In this document: one piece after another, positions 8,847 through 17,644 of the stretch
Layout of the letters: every line of letters begins with the position of its first letter
Position numbering within the stretch: the first letter of the stretch is position 1
Source: Planctomycetota bacterium
Lineage (GTDB): Bacteria > Planctomycetota > JACQVV01 > JASMLP01
Assembly: GCA_030748635.1 (NCBI GenBank)
Contig: JASMLP010000001.1
Location: 13,986-77,985, forward strand
Reading direction: 5' to 3'
Length of the DNA: 64,000 nucleotides
Translations under genes and position numbers: made by a program
The notes under the pieces: model-generated
Told to the model about the DNA's origin: nothing
The model's input: only the letters and a program-made list of their open reading frames with translations
Databases searched by the model: none

Positions 8847-10619
8847 ATGAAACGTAAGCGCCTAACAAGCAGATCCCGGCTCATCACGCTCTCATGCCTC
8901 GCCGCCACTCTCTGGAGCTTCCCGGCTCTGGGGCAAGAGCCGGAACTCGACGCGGCCACCAACGAGGCGTTGCGCGCGGAGAGAGAACGACTTATTGAGC
9001 GTTTCAATGCCACCGATTCTCGTTCCGAACGGCGAGCGATTCTCGAAGAACTCATCAAAATGAAGATGGACGACCGCGATCTGGACGTCGATGGACGGAT
9101 CCCCACCGCAGATGAAATTTCCGACTGGACGGGGACGATCGGGGTTTCCAACGCACTCGGCCTGGGAGCTCGCCTGGCCGACGATGGACGCCTGACTAAC
9201 CGCGACTTCCAGAACATCGCCGCTTTGGTTGCCAAAGACGGGGTTTCCAAGGAGGAGAAAAAAAGTCTCGCGGAACTAGTCGACCTCTACGGCGACACCA
9301 TGGGCAAAAGAACCCGGCGTCAATTCCGGAGCCTGATGCGCGACCGTTCATCCGCCTACACCGTTCGGACGAAGAACAAAACCTGGACTTCCAGCTACTT
9401 CCCGATGGCTGGCTGGAGCGCCAGCGACGAGGGATCTGCAAATCGCAACCTCTGGGCCAAAGACGGGGCCATGGCCAAAGTCGACAAGGTCATCGAGGCG
9501 CGCACCGGAGAGCCGGGAACAGCCCTCGAAACCGAACGTCGTCCCGCACTCAACTGGCTGGTCGACAAACCCACCGGCTATTACGTCCCCAGTTCGACGA
9601 TCCGGGAAAATGACGCGGAACGAACCACCGGAGTCGACTTCAACGGGAACGGTAAAATTGAAGACAACATCGAATGGGATTTCCTCGATTCACGCGGCAA
9701 CTTCGGCGAAGACGGAGAGAAGGACGGCACGATGAGTGTTGGCTGGTGGGGTCGTTGCAACAACGTAGGAATTGCCGGCACGCTGTTCAAAGAGCCCAAG
9801 AAGTCGGTTACCGTCGACGGAGTCACCTTCAGCGCAACCGAAATCAAGGGATTGCTGGCTGTCTACAGCGACACCATCGTCGATGCCAAGGGATCCGAAT
9901 TCCACGGCAACCGTTATGACGACCAACCCGACGTCATCGTAACCAAAGACGGGAAGGTCCACCGGGGAACCATCGAAAACGCTGGAGAACTGGACTTCTA
10001 TACCAACGGGATGTTCCGCCCCGGTCACCCTTCATGGAGTGACTTCACCATCCTCGACGCGAATGAACTCAAGCGTCAAGGCAAGGACATTGAATTCCGA
10101 AACATCGAAACCGGTGAAACCGAAACATTCAAGATTGACGACCTCAACCTCATCGGACGTGAAGACAAAAAACAAGACACCGAACCCATCGTGTTCCACA
10201 ACAACATGACCGAATGGTTGGCTGATGGTCGGGGCGGAGTACTCGAGATGGACCCGGGCAGCCATGTCTGGAACTACAACTTTGAAAGTGCCAACGTTCG
10301 GGAATCCACCCGCCGTCCCCGCTGGGCCCCACGCAAGAAAGAAGACCTCGTCGGATTCAACGGTCCTCCCGGAGAAGGTGAAATCACCTACGTATCAGCA
10401 CGCGTCAAATACAACGGGGGGGGTGGTACCCAAAACTACCGATACTGGATCGAACGAGATGAGGAAGGTAAAGTCCTCAACAGCGGCTGGATGAGCAAAA
10501 ACCCCGACTTCATGTGGCGCGCCAAGGAGACCAAGGTCGACTGGTCACGCGAAGTCCCCGGCCACCCCAGCCTCGACCCCGCGCTCATCAAAGAACTCTA
10601 CGAGAAGAGCACCGACTGA
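8847..10619 (+). CDS. Secreted protein of unknown function, paralogue C of the tandem family
   Basis: Signal peptide, and the same Cys (WWGRCNNVGIAGTLF) and His (GSHVWNYNFESA) blocks. Ca-loop variant DFNGNGKIEDNIEWDF. Confidence 0.85.
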   Translation: MKRKRLTSRSRLITLSCLAATLWSFPALGQEPELDAATNEALRAERERLIERFNATDSRSERRAILEELIKMKMDDRDLDVDGRIPTADEISDWTGTIGVSNALGLGARLADDGRLTNRDFQNIAALVAKDGVSKEEKKSLAELVDLYGDTMGKRTRRQFRSLMRDRSSAYTVRTKNKTWTSSYFPMAGWSASDEGSANRNLWAKDGAMAKVDKVIEARTGEPGTALETERRPALNWLVDKPTGYYVPSSTIRENDAERTTGVDFNGNGKIEDNIEWDFLDSRGNFGEDGEKDGTMSVGWWGRCNNVGIAGTLFKEPKKSVTVDGVTFSATEIKGLLAVYSDTIVDAKGSEFHGNRYDDQPDVIVTKDGKVHRGTIENAGELDFYTNGMFRPGHPSWSDFTILDANELKRQGKDIEFRNIETGETETFKIDDLNLIGREDKKQDTEPIVFHNNMTEWLADGRGGVLEMDPGSHVWNYNFESANVRESTRRPRWAPRKKEDLVGFNGPPGEGEITYVSARVKYNGGGGTQNYRYWIERDEEGKVLNSGWMSKNPDFMWRAKETKVDWSREVPGHPSLDPALIKELYEKSTD

Positions 10620-10671
10620 CCCCCCCCAGAACCGGGCTGTCAACAGTCCGGTCTCAGTCGCCTCTTCTCCT

Positions 10672-10702
10672 GGGCGGTCTATCCAGACCGCCCTCTTTTT
10701 TT
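10672..10702 (+). terminator. Rho-independent terminator GGGCGGTCT-atcc-AGACCGCCC followed by TCTTTTTTTG
   Basis: Perfect 9-bp GC-rich stem with a 4-nt loop, followed by a T7 run, 50 nt after the paralogue C stop codon. Confidence 0.8.
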
Positions 10703-10850
10703 GTCTGATCAACACGGTCACAGACAAAAGCGGGCGAACGGGTGGATCCCACCAAATCTGTAAACCAGGACCAGGGACGCCCAAACATCACGGCAATACC
10801 TTTGAATGAGCTCAGCCGACTTCGAGCTGCCTTTCGTTCCTCAACGAGGA

Positions 10851-13800
10851 CTACACCCGCTTGAGCACCGTAAGCGTCATGTCGTCATGCTGTTCCGCAT
10901 CCCCAACAAACCCCTCGATATCCTCGAACACCGACTCCACGAGTTCCCCCACATCCTTGGCTACATGACGCTTCAAGCTCTCCTTTAGACGATCGACCTC
11001 GAACATGGCCTCTTCGGAGTTGAGAGCTTCGCTGCATCCGTCGGTATAGAGCAACACCACATCACCTGGACTCAGATCGAGCTGTTTTTCCTGAATCATA
11101 TCGCCCACCTCGTCCTTGATCCCCAAGACGACTCCCCCGGCAGGGATCGCCTCGACAGTTTCGGTTTGAGAACGGTAGACCAGGAGATTTTCATGGCCAG
11201 CACCGGTATAGCAAATCGACTCTCCATCCCAGCGGACCAATAGCATCGACATGAAAACGAACGGTTCTGTATTCGCCTTCAGAATCCGGTTGGCCTCCAG
11301 CAAAACATCCCGGGTCGAAAGGTTCGACTCTGAAAGATGATGGAGCAACACCCGAGCCATCACCATCACCAACCCCGCCGGAACCCCCTTTCCACTGACA
11401 TCACCGATACAACTGAGGAGAGACTTCTGATCTTCTGAGAGGAGAAAGTCGTAGTAGTCGCCTCCGACCTTGCCTGCCGGGACCATCTTCCCATAGACCT
11501 CGAGACCGGCGATCTGAGGAATAACCTTGGGAAGCAGATTGGCTTGAATTCGACTGGCGATATTCAACTCCTGCTCAATCTTTTGCTTTTCCACCAACTC
11601 TTCGTAAAGAAACGCATTTTCCAGAGCGATGGCAACCTGATCGGCGAAGGCGACCAGAAGATCGAGGTCCCGGTCGGTAAACAGATCCTGGATAGATGGA
11701 TTGTCTACATACATCGCGCCGATAGTCTTGCCCTTCAAGGTGAAGGGGACGCAAAGGATACTCTTCAAACGCAAATTGCGAATCGACTCGGCCTGGAATT
11801 CCCCGTCCGCTTGCGCATCCGAGGTAAGCACCGGGTCTCCAGTCCGAATAACCTTGTGGACGATCGAGGTGCTCACCTCGAATTCAGGGTGATCGATCTG
11901 CTCTTTTTCCAGATTCCTCGCCGCCTTGAAAACAAACCCTTCATTTTCATCGCGGAGCATGAGAAAACCGCGCTCCGCGCGAATAACCTCCACCACGAGA
12001 TCCAAGACCATTTGAAACAATCGCTCACTATCTAGTGTGCTATTGATCACCTTGGTTACTTTTTGCAAAGCGAGAAGTCCAGTGCGCTCATCTCTGAGTT
12101 CTTCAACTTCGGCCAAAAGTGACTGATTCTTCCCCTCCAAAGCTTGCAGCTTTTGGGCCAAGGCCTCCTCGGAATCACGAATCCTTCTCTCGACATCCAG
12201 AATGAGTTCTTCAGCATTCATTAGCTTTACCTCGGCACGAATTCCTTCCAAAATATCATTAAAACTATCGGTAACCTCTAACTGAAGAGATCCGATTTCA
12301 TCGGAAAGGGCTCGCGAACGATCAGCCAGATCGAAGCGATGGTAGATCTCTTCTCGAGCCTTGAGAGACTCGCCCAAGAGCATCTGAGCCTTGCCGAGAA
12401 GATGATCTGCGCCCGCATCCTCAAAAATATCCCGGGCCTTTCGAAGATGATTGACCGCACTTTTTAGATATCCCCGATCACCCGCTTTTTCGGTCTCGAG
12501 CAAAAATCCCCCGTAGGCCAGATGAGTCCGTCCTTCCTCGAAGCGAGATCGAGTTCGGCCGAGCAAGACCAAGCTGGCCACGAAATGCTCAACCGCTTCA
12601 AGCCGGTAATTGTTAGCGATGCAAAAGAGTGCGTATTTTCGATACAAGATCCCCTGAAGGTTCTTCAAGTCCAGATCCTTCGATCGATCGAGGGCCTTGT
12701 TCAGAGTTTTGAGAGCCAGGCCGTGATTCCCCAACTTGATCAGAACATCCACGACACCGCTATAGACGGTTCCCAAAAGCCACTTCATCTGAACATCACG
12801 AAGCGTTTTTTCGGCCATAGCAAAAGAGGTCTTGGCCTTGCGATAAAGCCCCTCATCAGCAAACGCTTCACCCAAGTGGATGTAACAGATCCCAACAGCC
12901 CAAGGAACACGTGTGTCCTTGAATGTACGCATCGACTTGACCAGATATTCAACCGCCCTGGAAGCCTGCCCCTTCTTGACCAGGAGACGCCCAAGATTCA
13001 AACCACAGTAGGCTTCCGAAGATTTTCGTCCCATTTCCTGACTGCGCTCGATGGCCTGTTCATAGACCTCCTGAGCTCGGTCCAAGCGTCCATCCCACTC
13101 GAAAATCTGACCGATTCGGGCCTCGATCTCGACCATGTAAACACGGTCTCCAGTGAACTGGGCATGATAAAGCGCGTCCTCGAGAAATTTGTACGTAACC
13201 TCGAGGTCCCCATAGTGAAGATGAACACGCGCGATCCCGGCACTGATCCGTGACCTAAGATACCCCTCCCCTTCGGGGGGCAGTAGATCCAACGCGCGCT
13301 CCAGGTAGTTGATCGAGGTCGAAAACCGTCCCTGGAAAAAGTGGATGTCACCCAGATTTCCATAAATCGAGGCCAACAAGATCTCTCGGCCCGTACCTCG
13401 AACCAGTTCCAACGCCTCTTGAGCATAACGCTCACTCCGTCCGAGTTGACCTCGAGCCAGATAGATCCGTGAAATATGGTTAAGGACATCGGGGCGAACC
13501 TGCTGATCCTTGGACTCTTCCAGGAGACGCTTGAAACAACGCAAGGCTTCGTTGTACTGGTGTTTCCTGAAGTGCGCATAACCTAGGCCCTGAAGCGACT
13601 GATCCCGACTGTTTTCGGTTAGACCCGAACCAGTCAACGCTCGATTGTAAAACCGAATCGCTCGATCAAAATCGCCACCACGATTGTAAAGACTCCCGAG
13701 CTTTCCTTGGATCAATGCTCGACGCTCATCATCGCCAAGAGCCTCCGCGACCTCGATCCCTGTTTCGTAATAAGATGCCGCCCTCTGAGTCAGATAAGCC

Positions 13801-15950
13801 TTACGAAAACGATCGCCCAGATCGATGTACACATCCACAGCTCGATCTGGCCGACGGCTTCCACGATAGTGATGTGCCAGATTTTCAAGTTCAGACTCCT
13901 CCTGCTCGCCTTCTCGCCCCTCGAGATACGTCGCAATTCGATCGTGCAGCTTTTGCAAAGCCCGTCCCTTCGCATCCCAGGGACATAAATCCCTCAGTTG
14001 GGGAAAGACAGATCGATACTGAAGTCCTTCTGGCATCGAAATGGATTCGCACAGTTCAGCGCTCTCCAGATTTCCCAGAACAACTTTTGCCTGCGATTCT
14101 TTCAAACGTGTGATCTTCATGAGAAGGCCCAGATCACAGAGCGATCCGACCAGCGCCAAAGCCGACAACATCAACCGATCTTTCTTCTCCAGTTCCAACA
14201 CCCTATCTGGCAGTGAATTTTCGGAACGCAGAGGGCGCCTGATCTTCCGGACATCATCGACTTCGATCTGCCATTCACCACCCCGACGATAGATAAGTCC
14301 GTCCTCGGCAAGCCCATACATCGTTTCTTCGGCCAGAGCCGGATTCCCATCGGACAGTTCGGAAATCGCTTCGGGCAAGAACCCTGTGATCTCCTTCTGG
14401 TAAATCATGGATCCCAGAAAACTTCTCAAATCCTCTTGGCTCAACGGACCGATGTCGATTTCTTCCAGTATTCCCAGCGCTCTCCATTTCGGCAGAAACA
14501 ACTCGACTGGATGCTCTTTTCCTCCCCGAGGAAGTGGCCACGTACTCGAGGCCAGGAGCAATACCGGCCGATCAACCACCGCCTCTACCAGTTGCAAAAG
14601 AGTGTCGAAGTCCTCCTCCCCAAGCCGATCCAGATCATCGAGCAGGAGAACCACTGGCTGAGATTCAGAGAGGTAGGAGAAAAGACCCACCAGTTCGTGC
14701 GCCAAACGCTCCGGCGAAATATCTCCCTCTGGGCAAATACCTGACATCCAGGACCGCCGCCCCAATTCCGGCAGAAAATGAACCAGAGTTCCTCCCCATC
14801 GAGACGCGATTTCCGGCATCTGGTCCGGATTAGCCTGTTCGACATGAAGCAAACATTCCTGCGCCAAAATCACCAGCGACTCGAAAGGAGCCTCATGATG
14901 CTCAGAGCAGGAAACATGGGCAAGAATGACCGGCTCAGCGACCCACTCACCTCGGACCTCTTCCAGAATCCGAGTTTTCCCTACTCCGGTAACTCCCCGA
15001 ACCAGAACTCCTCGACAAGCCCCGCGTCGACACGAGACAAACGACTCTCGAATTTTGGCAAGAAGTGATTCACGACCCACAAAGCGGGGTCGATAGAGAT
15101 ACCGAGCCCCTTTTTCCGTACGGATGGCTGCGATTTCCGATCGTCCCGAAAGCTGTACCAGGTCCATCAGAAGTTCTTGTGCCGTCTGGTATCGATCTGC
15201 CGGGTCTTTCTCCAGGCAACGCAGGAGAATGCTCTCAAATCCTGGTGTCACATCCCGGTTGTACTTGGAGGGGGCAACCGCCTTGCTCTCGAGTTGCTTC
15301 ATCACAGCAGCCATCAGATCCCTGGATGTAAACGGCAGGCGCCCGGTGGCCAACTGATAAAACGTGACGCCGATACTGTAGATATCCGCTCGAGGATCGA
15401 CATCGAAACCCTTGATCAACTCGGGAGCCATGTATTCGATCGATCCCGCGATGTTGCTCTCACTGTCGTGAATCGATCGAGCCAAGTCGTGGGTCAAAGC
15501 GAAACCAAAATCCATCAACTTCACCGTCCCATCCGGAGTCACCCGGATATTCGCCGGCTTGAGGTCCCGATGAATGATTCCCTCGCAGTGGAAGTAATCG
15601 AGAGTTCGACAGATATCAGTCGCGATATCGATTACCCGCGGAATTCCTTCCTCGCCCAACTCTTCGTCCAGCCCTTTCCCGGGAACATACTCCATCGTGA
15701 AGTAGTTGCTGCCAAAATCGTACACCTTCACAATCCCTGGATGATCCAGTCGCGAAAGAGCCTCGAATTCCTCTCGAAGCCTCTGGAGATCTTTCTCTCG
15801 CTGAAGATCTTCTCGCAGCAACTTCAGGGCAATAGACTCCCCTTTCTGGCGATCGTGCACCAGATAGACAGTCCCCATTCCTCCCTCACCGAGAGTCCTT
15901 AATATTTCGTAACGGTCTTCGATAATCTGGCTTCGAGTCGATGTAGACAC
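10851..15950 (-). CDS. Giant multidomain signalling protein: N-terminal Ser/Thr protein kinase, then AAA/NB-ARC-like P-loop ATPase, TPR array, coiled coil, GAF domain and a C-terminal PP2C (SpoIIE-type) phosphatase
   Basis: Kinase motifs GEGGMGTVY, HRDLKPANI, DFG and APE. P-loop GVTGVGKT. Multiple TPR-like helices. A GAF-like region. The C-terminus carries the PP2C/SpoIIE metal-binding blocks GDVSGKGVPAG and YTDGCSEA. Confidence 0.85.
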   Translation of the reverse strand: MSTSTRSQIIEDRYEILRTLGEGGMGTVYLVHDRQKGESIALKLLREDLQREKDLQRLREEFEALSRLDHPGIVKVYDFGSNYFTMEYVPGKGLDEELGEEGIPRVIDIATDICRTLDYFHCEGIIHRDLKPANIRVTPDGTVKLMDFGFALTHDLARSIHDSESNIAGSIEYMAPELIKGFDVDPRADIYSIGVTFYQLATGRLPFTSRDLMAAVMKQLESKAVAPSKYNRDVTPGFESILLRCLEKDPADRYQTAQELLMDLVQLSGRSEIAAIRTEKGARYLYRPRFVGRESLLAKIRESFVSCRRGACRGVLVRGVTGVGKTRILEEVRGEWVAEPVILAHVSCSEHHEAPFESLVILAQECLLHVEQANPDQMPEIASRWGGTLVHFLPELGRRSWMSGICPEGDISPERLAHELVGLFSYLSESQPVVLLLDDLDRLGEEDFDTLLQLVEAVVDRPVLLLASSTWPLPRGGKEHPVELFLPKWRALGILEEIDIGPLSQEDLRSFLGSMIYQKEITGFLPEAISELSDGNPALAEETMYGLAEDGLIYRRGGEWQIEVDDVRKIRRPLRSENSLPDRVLELEKKDRLMLSALALVGSLCDLGLLMKITRLKESQAKVVLGNLESAELCESISMPEGLQYRSVFPQLRDLCPWDAKGRALQKLHDRIATYLEGREGEQEESELENLAHHYRGSRRPDRAVDVYIDLGDRFRKAYLTQRAASYYETGIEVAEALGDDERRALIQGKLGSLYNRGGDFDRAIRFYNRALTGSGLTENSRDQSLQGLGYAHFRKHQYNEALRCFKRLLEESKDQQVRPDVLNHISRIYLARGQLGRSERYAQEALELVRGTGREILLASIYGNLGDIHFFQGRFSTSINYLERALDLLPPEGEGYLRSRISAGIARVHLHYGDLEVTYKFLEDALYHAQFTGDRVYMVEIEARIGQIFEWDGRLDRAQEVYEQAIERSQEMGRKSSEAYCGLNLGRLLVKKGQASRAVEYLVKSMRTFKDTRVPWAVGICYIHLGEAFADEGLYRKAKTSFAMAEKTLRDVQMKWLLGTVYSGVVDVLIKLGNHGLALKTLNKALDRSKDLDLKNLQGILYRKYALFCIANNYRLEAVEHFVASLVLLGRTRSRFEEGRTHLAYGGFLLETEKAGDRGYLKSAVNHLRKARDIFEDAGADHLLGKAQMLLGESLKAREEIYHRFDLADRSRALSDEIGSLQLEVTDSFNDILEGIRAEVKLMNAEELILDVERRIRDSEEALAQKLQALEGKNQSLLAEVEELRDERTGLLALQKVTKVINSTLDSERLFQMVLDLVVEVIRAERGFLMLRDENEGFVFKAARNLEKEQIDHPEFEVSTSIVHKVIRTGDPVLTSDAQADGEFQAESIRNLRLKSILCVPFTLKGKTIGAMYVDNPSIQDLFTDRDLDLLVAFADQVAIALENAFLYEELVEKQKIEQELNIASRIQANLLPKVIPQIAGLEVYGKMVPAGKVGGDYYDFLLSEDQKSLLSCIGDVSGKGVPAGLVMVMARVLLHHLSESNLSTRDVLLEANRILKANTEPFVFMSMLLVRWDGESICYTGAGHENLLVYRSQTETVEAIPAGGVVLGIKDEVGDMIQEKQLDLSPGDVVLLYTDGCSEALNSEEAMFEVDRLKESLKRHVAKDVGELVESVFEDIEGFVGDAEQHDDMTLTVLKRV

Positions 15951-16106
15951 AGACGCCTCACCCAGACGGGCGGTCTTCCGGAAGTCCTAAAACAGCAAAG
16001 ATTTAGCAAGTCAATATAAAGCCGCATCGCCAGGCATGCAAATGCCGGAATTAGAGACCTCTTCTATCACCCCCCTTTCTGGCCTGTTCGAACCGCTTTC
16101 CCTACA

Positions 16107-16880
16107 ATGATTTTCCACACCATGATTCATATCGATCCACAGGCGAACCTCATCGAAATTTTCTCCGGAATTCAGGGAGAAGGCCTCCTCATCGGAGAGC
16201 GAATGGTCTTTGTGCGATTTACCGCCTGCAATCTCACGTGTGATTACTGTGACACCCCGATGGGACGCCCACTGGACACGGTCGTCCAAATCGAAAAGAC
16301 TCCGGGGCGTCGCGACTTTTCGACCCGGACGAACCCTCTAAAAGTCGCCGAAGTGACTCAATCCATCCGACAACTGACGCGATCAGCCGGACTCCATCGC
16401 TGGGTGACTCTGACCGGAGGAGAACCTCTCCTCTACCCGAAATTCCTCGAAGCCTTGATCCCCCATATCCAAGCCGCCGGCCTTCAGATCCAGCTCGAAA
16501 CCAACGGACATTTTCCTAAACGCCTGGAATCTGTAGGCCCAAACATCGATCTCATTGCTATGGATATCAAGGAGAAGTGCGACGGAGGTCAGCTCGAAAC
16601 CTCTCTCCGTTTCCTGGAAGTCGCCAAACTCAGCAGCCGGGTCTACCTGAAAATGGTTGTGCGACCGTCGCCAGATATTGCTCATTTTGTCCAAACAGCC
16701 CGATCCGTATCCCAAATCGACCCCAACATCCCGCTCGTACTCATGCCGGTCACCCCGTTTGGACCGATCCACTCGCCCCCAACTCCCCAGGAAATTCTCC
16801 ACCTCCAAGAACGCTTGCTTCAAGAGCATCGAGAAGTTCGAGTCATTCCTCAAACCCATAAGATCACGGGACAACTCTGA
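16107..16880 (+). CDS. queE: 7-carboxy-7-deazaguanine synthase-like radical SAM enzyme (QueE family)
   Basis: EIFSGIQGEGLLIGERMVFVRFTACNLTCDYCDT matches the QueE N-terminal block and its unusual Cx3Cx2C-type cluster motif. Size is about 250 aa. Confidence 0.7.
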   Translation: MIFHTMIHIDPQANLIEIFSGIQGEGLLIGERMVFVRFTACNLTCDYCDTPMGRPLDTVVQIEKTPGRRDFSTRTNPLKVAEVTQSIRQLTRSAGLHRWVTLTGGEPLLYPKFLEALIPHIQAAGLQIQLETNGHFPKRLESVGPNIDLIAMDIKEKCDGGQLETSLRFLEVAKLSSRVYLKMVVRPSPDIAHFVQTARSVSQIDPNIPLVLMPVTPFGPIHSPPTPQEILHLQERLLQEHREVRVIPQTHKITGQL

Positions 16881-16882
16881 CA

Positions 16883-17644
16883 GTGTCGATTTCGGTCGAA
16901 AAGCTCTACAAGGTGTTCCAAGATCCCCAACAACCCGAAGTGGCCGCGGTGGACCGAATCGAATTTCAGGTACGAGCGGGCGAAATTTTCGGCCTACTTG
17001 GCCCCAACGGAGCGGGCAAAACCACCACCCTTCGAATGCTGGCCACCCTGCTGCGCCCGACCAGCGGTTCCGCTTCCATTGCCGGACACGACCTTTGGAA
17101 AAACCCTTCTCACGTTCGAAGATCGATCGGTTACCTTTCCGCCGATTCTGGGGTCTACGACCGCTTGACTCCACGCGAAATCGTCGAACATTTCGGTCAG
17201 CTTTACGGCCTCTCTCGCAGCCAGGTACGAGACCGAACCGAAGAACTGTTCGAACATTTCTCTATGGGTGCTCATAGCGATCGATTGTGCATGCATCTTT
17301 CCTCCGGCATTCGGCAGAAAGTATCGATCATTCGATCCCTCGTTCACTCTCCCCCTGTCCTCCTGCTGGACGAACCGACTCGATCACTCGACATTCTAGT
17401 CGCTCGAACTGTAACGGACTTTATCCGACAAGCACGTCAACGTGGGTCCTGTATCCTGCTCTCCACCCACGACATGAACGAAGCTTCATCGTTGTGTGAT
17501 TCTTTTGCCATCCTTCACCGTGGACGGATCCTAGCCCAAGGCGCCACTCACGAGTTAGAAACCCGTTTCGGCGGAAAAAGCCTGGAACAGCTTTTTTTCC
17601 ACACAATCGAACACGATCGAGGCGTTCCGCGTGTTTCGAAATAG
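16883..17644 (+). CDS. ABC transporter ATP-binding protein (ABC-2/NatA type), GTG start
   Basis: Walker A GPNGAGKTTT, the ABC signature LSSGIRQK, and Walker B LLLDEP. Confidence 0.85.
   Translation: MSISVEKLYKVFQDPQQPEVAAVDRIEFQVRAGEIFGLLGPNGAGKTTTLRMLATLLRPTSGSASIAGHDLWKNPSHVRRSIGYLSADSGVYDRLTPREIVEHFGQLYGLSRSQVRDRTEELFEHFSMGAHSDRLCMHLSSGIRQKVSIIRSLVHSPPVLLLDEPTRSLDILVARTVTDFIRQARQRGSCILLSTHDMNEASSLCDSFAILHRGRILAQGATHELETRFGGKSLEQLFFHTIEHDRGVPRVSK

Noticed and set aside
15990-16010. Small palindrome GGCAT-gcaa-ATGCC in the divergent kinase/queE intergenic region
   Set aside because: Only 5-bp arms, expected by chance in 64 kb. No supporting promoter context identified
16383-17174. 263-aa minus-strand ORF antisense to QueE and the ABC ATPase
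   Set aside because: Low-complexity Arg/Gly-rich translation, opposite to two genes with clear catalytic motifs
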